From Candidatus Methylomirabilia bacterium (GTDB lineage Bacteria; Methylomirabilota; Methylomirabilia; Rokubacteriales; CSP1-6): 64,000 nt of DNA. The stretch is taken from assembly GCA_041499965.1 (NCBI GenBank), contig JBGQLG010000004.1:15103-79102 (forward strand), given 5' to 3'. Shown here piece by piece: positions 58,617 to 64,000 of the stretch (positions are counted from its first letter, which is position 1; every line of letters begins with the position of its first letter). Under the pieces are notes generated by a model that saw only the letters and a program-made list of their open reading frames with translations, searched no databases and had not been told where the DNA came from. Made by a program: the position numbers and the translations under genes.

Positions 58617-59672
58617 ATGGGCGAGATCCTTGGCCTCGGCATGACGCACTATCCGCCGCTCATCGGCACGGACGCGAACATGGCCAACATCCTGCGCGCC
58701 GTGCTCAAGGACCCAGGCCTCCCCGAGCGCTATCGCGATCCCGCGAGCTGGCCGGAGGCCATGCGCCGGGAGTACGGCAGCGACGGCGGCGCGGCCTCGG
58801 CGGCCGCCCACCGCGCCGACCTCGTGCGCCACTTCCGCCACGCCCGCAAGCTCCTGGACGAGTTCAAGCCGGACCTCGTCGTCATGTGGGGCGACGATCA
58901 GCACGAGAACTTCACCGAGGACGTCATCCCGCCGTTCTGCGTGCTGGCCTACGAGCAGGTCGAGGCGCGGCACCGGCCGCGCGACATCTCGGCGCCGAAC
59001 GTGTGGGGCGAGGGGCCGGACAAGGTCTTTCGGATCAACGGCCACCGCGAGGCAGGCAAGTACCTGGCGAGGCGGCTGCTGGAGCAGGGCGTGGACACGG
59101 CCTACGCCTACAAGCCGCTGCACCACGAGGGGCTGGCCCACGCGTTCCTCAACACGGTGCTCTACCTCGACTACGACCGCGTCGGCTTCCCGTACCCGGT
59201 CGTCGCCTTCCAGGTGAACTGCTACGGTCGCCGGGTCATCGCCCAGCGCGGCGGGCGCGGCAGCCTGGCCAATCCGCTGGCCGAGGCCGACCTCGATCCG
59301 CCGTCGCCCTCGCCGAAACGCTGCATGGAAGTCGGCGCGGCGGTCGCGCGGGCCATGCGCGAGAGCCCGTGGCGGGTGGCGCTCATCGCCTCGTCGAGCT
59401 GGTCGCACGCGTTCCTGACCGACAAGAACCACCAGCTCTATCCCGACATCCCCGAGGACCGGCGGCTCTACGAGGCGCTACGCGTCGGCGACTACGACAC
59501 CTGGCGCGACCGCCCGCTCTCAGCCATCGAGGAGTCCGGCCAGCAGGAGATGCTCAACTGGTACATGCTGGCCGGCGCCATGGAGGCGATCGGGCGCAAG
59601 CCGGACGAGTGCGAGTTCCTCGAGACGTGGTCGTTCAACTCCAACAAGTGTTTCGCGGTGTTCAAGCCATGA
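58617..59672 (+). CDS. LigB-type (class III) extradiol ring-cleavage dioxygenase
   Basis: GLGMTHYPPLIG, VVMWGDDQHENFTEDVIPPF and SSSWSHAFL parallel LigB TSSHIPALG, ILVYNDHASAF...IPTFAI and TGGMSHQL. AGGAGG SD 9 nt upstream of ATG 58617. Confidence 0.55.
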   Translation: MGEILGLGMTHYPPLIGTDANMANILRAVLKDPGLPERYRDPASWPEAMRREYGSDGGAASAAAHRADLVRHFRHARKLLDEFKPDLVVMWGDDQHENFTEDVIPPFCVLAYEQVEARHRPRDISAPNVWGEGPDKVFRINGHREAGKYLARRLLEQGVDTAYAYKPLHHEGLAHAFLNTVLYLDYDRVGFPYPVVAFQVNCYGRRVIAQRGGRGSLANPLAEADLDPPSPSPKRCMEVGAAVARAMRESPWRVALIASSSWSHAFLTDKNHQLYPDIPEDRRLYEALRVGDYDTWRDRPLSAIEESGQQEMLNWYMLAGAMEAIGRKPDECEFLETWSFNSNKCFAVFKP

Positions 59673-60940
59673 CGACGGCCCGGACCAACGGCAACGGCAC
59701 GGCGGCCATTCCCAAGCTGAGCGGCGACATCCGTACGCTCATCCCCACGCTCGGCCTGCACAACTACTGGTACCCGGCCATCGCCGACAAGAAAGTCGGC
59801 TCGCGCAAGCCGGTGAAGGTCGCCATGCTGGGCGAGGAGATCTGCCTCTTCCGCGGCGCCACCGGCGCGGTCGCGGCCATCCAGGACGTGTGCCCGCACC
59901 GCGGCGCCCGGCTGAGCGAGGGCAATTGCCACTACGAGGGCACCGTGGCCTGCCCGTACCACGGCTGGGTGTTCGACGAGTCCGGCAAGAACGTGGCCGT
60001 GCTCTCCGAGGGGCCGGACTCCGGCGTGTGCGGCAAGCCGGGCACCGAGGCGAAGATCTATCCCACCCGCACGCTCAAGGGCGTGGTCTTCGTCTGGGTC
60101 GGTAACGAGGATCCGGCGCCCATCGAGCAGGACGTGCCCGAGGAGTTCTTCGACGACGACGCGCTGGTGCAGATCGGCCAGGTCCACTGGCGCTGCAACT
60201 GGGAGGTGGCGCTCGAGAACTCGATGGACTCGCACGTGAACTACGTGCACCGCAACGCGGTGGTGGTGGCGCGCGGCGGCTTCATCGCCCGCGGCGCCCA
60301 GGGCGAGCACCCGCTCTACGTGGGCAACGGCTTCGGCGGCGACGTCGCCGAGAGCAACTACATGCGCCGCAACCCGACGCAGGACTTCTACCCCAACGGC
60401 TGGAAGTGGCCGAAGACCAACTACCGGCGGGTCTGGACGTGGATCACCAAGCCGCTGGCCGATCGCGCCCGGCGCAACATCCCGCCGCCGAAGTCGGCGC
60501 GGTGGTGCGGCGGCCACCATCTGCCCGGCATGTTCCGCGCGGAGTTCGGCTGGGATCTCTACACGCGCATGTGCGTGCCGGTCGAGGAGCACCTCACACG
60601 CGTCTGGTACTACCACTGCACGCGACCGAAGAACGCGGTCCGGCGGTTCTGGGACAGGCTGATGTACGCGACCGTGCGCCGCTGGATCATCGAGTACAAC
60701 TTCTCCCGTCAGGACGAGGCGGTGATGCTCAACCAGCGCTACGACACGCCGGAGAAGCTCTCCGGCACCGACGCCGAGGTGATCCAGTGGCGCAAGCTGG
60801 TGGTCACCAAGCACTACGGCGGCCGTGACGCGCCGTTCGAGTACCGCAACCCGGACGACCTCGCGCCCGACGCCGTGCCGGTCGAGCGCGTCTCCGTGCG
60901 CTATCTCCAGGAGAAGGCGCGGACCACGACGGCCCGATGA
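59669..60940 (+). CDS. Rieske non-heme iron oxygenase alpha subunit (KshA/CntA-like; no beta subunit or reductase adjacent)
   Basis: CPHRG...CPYHGW Rieske cluster motif. D-x2-H-x4-H (DSHVNYVH) mononuclear iron site. ATGA overlap with the LigB gene. Confidence 0.75.
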   Translation: MTTARTNGNGTAAIPKLSGDIRTLIPTLGLHNYWYPAIADKKVGSRKPVKVAMLGEEICLFRGATGAVAAIQDVCPHRGARLSEGNCHYEGTVACPYHGWVFDESGKNVAVLSEGPDSGVCGKPGTEAKIYPTRTLKGVVFVWVGNEDPAPIEQDVPEEFFDDDALVQIGQVHWRCNWEVALENSMDSHVNYVHRNAVVVARGGFIARGAQGEHPLYVGNGFGGDVAESNYMRRNPTQDFYPNGWKWPKTNYRRVWTWITKPLADRARRNIPPPKSARWCGGHHLPGMFRAEFGWDLYTRMCVPVEEHLTRVWYYHCTRPKNAVRRFWDRLMYATVRRWIIEYNFSRQDEAVMLNQRYDTPEKLSGTDAEVIQWRKLVVTKHYGGRDAPFEYRNPDDLAPDAVPVERVSVRYLQEKARTTTAR

Positions 60941-62040
60941 CGTCGATCACCCGGCGGGGCCTGCTGCGGACGGCGCTGGTCGGCGCCGCCGCCGCGGTGG
61001 CGGGCGTGCGGAGGGTCGCCGCCGCCGAAACGCCGCCGGAGTGGGCAGCCCTCGTGGCGGCGGCGAAGAAGGAAGGCCGGGTCGCCGTCAACACGTTCCC
61101 CGGCGACGGCTATGCCCGGGCGCTCAAGCCGTTCGCGCAGGCGTATCCCGACATCAAGATCGAGCATACGAGCCTGCACTCGCAGGACTTCGCGCCCCGC
61201 ATTCTCCAGGAGCGCAAGGCCAGCAGCTTCACCTGGGACGTGGTCTCGATCCCCACCAGCACCGCGCTGCAGGTGCTGCGGCCGGCCGGCGTCTGGGATC
61301 CGGTGCGGCCGGCGATCGTCCTGCCGGAGGCGAAGGACGACGGCGGGTGGGAGGGCGGCTTCGAGCGCGGGTTCTCGATCGTCAAGGACGGCGCGCTGAG
61401 CTACGGCTTCATCGCCATCCGGGGCGGTGGCGTGACGATCAACACCGACCTCGTGAAGGAAGACCAGCTCAAGACCTTCAACGACCTGCTCGACCCGCGC
61501 TGGAAGGGCAAGCTGCTCCTGCCCGACGTGCGGGTGATGGGCGACACCTTCTGGCCGATGACGGCCGTGCGCCTGGCCCTGGGCGACGACGTCATCAAGC
61601 GACTGTTCGTGGACCAGGAGCCGGCGCTGAGCCGGGACACCCGCCAGGTCGCGGAGTTCATGGTGCGCGGGCGATTCCCCATCGCGCTCGGCGTCAACCC
61701 GCTCCTGCTCAAGCAGTTCCAGCGCCAGGGCCTCGGCAAGAATCTCAGGCTGCTGCGCTTCCCCGAGATGGACACGGTGAACTTCGGCACCACGCTGTGG
61801 CTGGTCAACCGCGCGCCGCATCCCAACGCGGCGAAGCTGTTCATCAACTGGGTGCTGACCAAGGACGCGCAGGTGGCGTGGGCGCGCGAGGTGGAGACGA
61901 ACAGCCGCCGGGTCGGCGTCGAGCCGGGCAATCCGGAGTTCGCGCTGCCGCGCGGTGCGAAGTTCTTCCAGGTGGACGCCGAGGAGAACCTGGCCCACGT
62001 GGTCAAGACGCAGGATATCGCCAAGGCCGTGATCAAGTAG
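60937..62040 (+). CDS. ABC transporter periplasmic substrate-binding protein (family 1, Fe3+/polyamine type), Tat signal
   Basis: RRGLLRTALVGAAAAVAG twin-arginine signal. 367 aa. Confidence 0.7.
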   Translation: MTSITRRGLLRTALVGAAAAVAGVRRVAAAETPPEWAALVAAAKKEGRVAVNTFPGDGYARALKPFAQAYPDIKIEHTSLHSQDFAPRILQERKASSFTWDVVSIPTSTALQVLRPAGVWDPVRPAIVLPEAKDDGGWEGGFERGFSIVKDGALSYGFIAIRGGGVTINTDLVKEDQLKTFNDLLDPRWKGKLLLPDVRVMGDTFWPMTAVRLALGDDVIKRLFVDQEPALSRDTRQVAEFMVRGRFPIALGVNPLLLKQFQRQGLGKNLRLLRFPEMDTVNFGTTLWLVNRAPHPNAAKLFINWVLTKDAQVAWAREVETNSRRVGVEPGNPEFALPRGAKFFQVDAEENLAHVVKTQDIAKAVIK

Positions 62041-62072
62041 GCCGGGCGGCGGCGCGGGCCCGGGGGCGCTGA

Positions 62073-63185
62073 GTGGTGACGGGCGAGACGGTCCTGCAGC
62101 TCACCGGTGTGCGCAAGCTGTACGGCGCCGCCCCCGCCGTCGACGGCGCCTCGCTCCAGATCCAGCGCGGCGAGGTGTTCACGCTGCTGGGACCGAGCGG
62201 CTGCGGCAAGACGACGACGCTGCGCCTCGTTGCTGGCCTCGAGCGGCCTGACGCCGGCGACATCACGCTGCGCGGCCGCGTCGTCGCCTCGGCCGCGCGG
62301 CGGTTGTTCATCGCGCCGCACAAGCGGAACCTCGGCATGGTGTTCCAGTCTTACGCGATCTGGCCCCACATGAGCGTCTTCGAGAACGTCGCCTACCCGC
62401 TGCGGCTGCGCGGCACCAGGGCCGCGGACGTTGTCGAGCGGGTCACGCGCGTGCTCGACCTCGTCGGCCTGAGTGGGCTGCAGGAGCGCTCGGCCACCCT
62501 GCTCAGCGGCGGCCAGATGCAGCGCCTGGCGCTCTGCCCGAGCCTCGTCTACGAGCCGGACCTCCTGCTGCTGGACGAGCCGTTCAGCAACCTCGACGCC
62601 AAGCTCCGCGAGCAGATGCGCGTGGAGCTGAAGCTGCTGCAGCGCCGCCTCGGCGTGACCGTCCTCTTCGTCACCCACGATCAGATCGAGGCGCTCAGCC
62701 TCTCCGACCGCATCGCCGTCATGCAGCGCGGGCGGGTCGAGCAGGTCGGGACCCCGCGCGAGCTGTACGATCGCCCCGCGACCGCCTTCGTGCGCGATTT
62801 CCTGGGGCAGACCGTGGTCCTGCCCGGGCGCGTCGCCGGTGGTGGGCCGGGGGCGGTGACGGTGAAGCTCGACGGCGTGTTCGGCGGGCGCCTCATCACC
62901 GGTCGCGCCGCGCCGGGCGCGACGCTCGCCGCCGCCGCCGAGGCGCACGTGGCCATCAGGCCGGAAGACATCGAGGTGACGACCGACGGCACGGCGCCGG
63001 ATGACCACGCGCTCCCCGGCGTCATCGAGGCGCTGCTGTTCGTCGGCGACCGCTACGAGGCGCGCGTGTCACTCGGCGGCGAGCAGCGGATCCTGCTGCT
63101 CTTGCCGCGGGCGCGTGAGTGGCGTGAGGGCCAGCGCCTGCAACTCGGATTGCCACCGGGCGCGGTGGGAGTGTGGCCCGCGTGA
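62073..63185 (+). CDS. ABC transporter ATP-binding protein (PotA/FbpC-like with C-terminal TOBE domain)
   Basis: GPSGCGKTT Walker A, LSGGQMQRLAL signature, LLLDEP Walker B, HD H-loop. Confidence 0.85.
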   Translation: MVTGETVLQLTGVRKLYGAAPAVDGASLQIQRGEVFTLLGPSGCGKTTTLRLVAGLERPDAGDITLRGRVVASAARRLFIAPHKRNLGMVFQSYAIWPHMSVFENVAYPLRLRGTRAADVVERVTRVLDLVGLSGLQERSATLLSGGQMQRLALCPSLVYEPDLLLLDEPFSNLDAKLREQMRVELKLLQRRLGVTVLFVTHDQIEALSLSDRIAVMQRGRVEQVGTPRELYDRPATAFVRDFLGQTVVLPGRVAGGGPGAVTVKLDGVFGGRLITGRAAPGATLAAAAEAHVAIRPEDIEVTTDGTAPDDHALPGVIEALLFVGDRYEARVSLGGEQRILLLLPRAREWREGQRLQLGLPPGAVGVWPA

Positions 63186-63231
63186 GGACGACGGTGTGGT
63201 GAACATTGCTGGAGTCGCGTGAGGTGAGCAG

Positions 63232-64000
63232 ATGCCGGACACGAGCCGCGATCGCTCGATAAGCGTGCGGGAGGAGTTCGACCGCTGGAAGGTCGACTAC
63301 GCGGCCCATCGCCCGCGACTCAAGCCGTGGCTTGACGCGACGAAGTCGGCGGCCGTGAGCGCCGCCGTGTCGAGCGCCGTGCTCTTCGTCGTCTTTCTCG
63401 TCTTCTTTCTCCAACGGCAGCTGAGGGGGGCGAGGACGCCGGGCGCAAGGCCTTTGGAAGACCTGGTTCGGTCAGCCTTGCGCGAGACGCAGCAGGATCT
63501 CGGGAGCACGCTCGAGCTCAGCCGCCCGGGCGGTCGCCCCGAGGCCGGAGCCGAAACCCTGCCCCTCCCCGTCAGCCTGCCGACGGCAGAGCCCAAGGCC
63601 AGAGAGACAGAGCCGTTCCTGCGCCACCTGGAGGAGCACGTCCAGGCTCGACTCGACGAGCTGAACCAGACGAAGCGAACGGGACAGGCTCAGGAGCGGT
63701 TCGTGTTTGTCGTGCTGATGGTCGCGGGGCTGTTGACGCTGGGGCTGTCCCTCGGCGGAATCGCCTGCGTCGTTGTGGGGCGGCTAACCCCCGGCGTCCT
63801 CGCCGAGTGTGTCGCCATCCTGCCCGGCGGCGGAACGCTCATCCTCTGGCAAAAGTCGCGGACGCTCCGGGAACAGCGCGGGAGCATCGCGCGCGAGCTC
63901 GACTCGCATGTCCGCACGCTCCAGGCCATTCAACTCGTACGGGGCGTCCCCGACCCGGCCAAGCGCAGTCAGGGCATGATCGACCTCGCCCAGAAGCTCC
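63232..64000 (+). CDS. hypothetical membrane protein (5' part; runs off window end)
   Basis: ATG 63232 preceded by GAGGTGA. Open to the window end. Two predicted TM helices (AVSSAVLFVVFLVFFL; FVFVVLMVAGLLTLGLSLGGIACVVVG). Not in the ORF track because there is no stop. Confidence 0.35.
   Translation, partial: MPDTSRDRSISVREEFDRWKVDYAAHRPRLKPWLDATKSAAVSAAVSSAVLFVVFLVFFLQRQLRGARTPGARPLEDLVRSALRETQQDLGSTLELSRPGGRPEAGAETLPLPVSLPTAEPKARETEPFLRHLEEHVQARLDELNQTKRTGQAQERFVFVVLMVAGLLTLGLSLGGIACVVVGRLTPGVLAECVAILPGGGTLILWQKSRTLREQRGSIARELDSHVRTLQAIQLVRGVPDPAKRSQGMIDLAQKL

Overview
This is a roughly 70% GC, gene-dense bacterial chromosomal segment with about 60 protein-coding genes. It has frequent GTG starts and 4-nt start/stop overlaps (ATGA/GTGA), and many long antisense ORFs that are GC-composition artefacts. 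I saw no rRNA, tRNA, CRISPR array, transposase or integrase. From 5' to 3' the window contains: an aminotransferase-amidase operon; a NYN/LOTUS RNA-binding protein; a JmjC-like cupin; a membrane diguanylate cyclase; a Dpp-like ABC importer (SBP plus two permeases, no ATPase); a GH63-like glucosidase-fbp-fba-glk sugar operon; a signal-transduction island (two large GAF histidine kinases, GNAT, STAS, a secreted protein, two tandem SAM methyltransferases, CheY, REC-HD-GYP, a protein with an inactivated NucS-like domain, a sigma-54 activator, GAF-GGDEF); an AceE-like E1 plus glcDEF plus moaB; htrA; a 2-hydroxyacid dehydrogenase; a rhodanese-MoeB gene interrupted by one in-frame TGA at the active-site Cys position (probable selenoprotein); rfbACB; a degenerate DegP-like pseudoprotease; an HD dNTPase plus DinB-like pair; queC; gcdH; a REC protein with a His-less HisKA-like domain; a cyclase; a TPR protein; and a tightly overlapped putative aromatic/N-heterocycle catabolic island (LLM oxidoreductase, YnfA-like, alpha/beta hydrolase, orphan Mo-hydroxylase large subunit, MBL hydrolase, LigB-type extradiol dioxygenase, Rieske oxygenase, ABC SBP plus ATPase). 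The most notable observations are the Sec-MoeB candidate; a sigma-54 promoter directly upstream of an operon encoding an inactivated NucS-like protein, an HD-GYP regulator, CheY and two methyltransferases, placed just downstream of the sigma-54 activator gene; a ~70-bp GC-rich palindromic intergenic repeat present in two copies; and a recurring TATACT -10 box a few nucleotides upstream of start codons (leaderless-type architecture). All domain calls rest on motif recognition by eye, with no database searches run.
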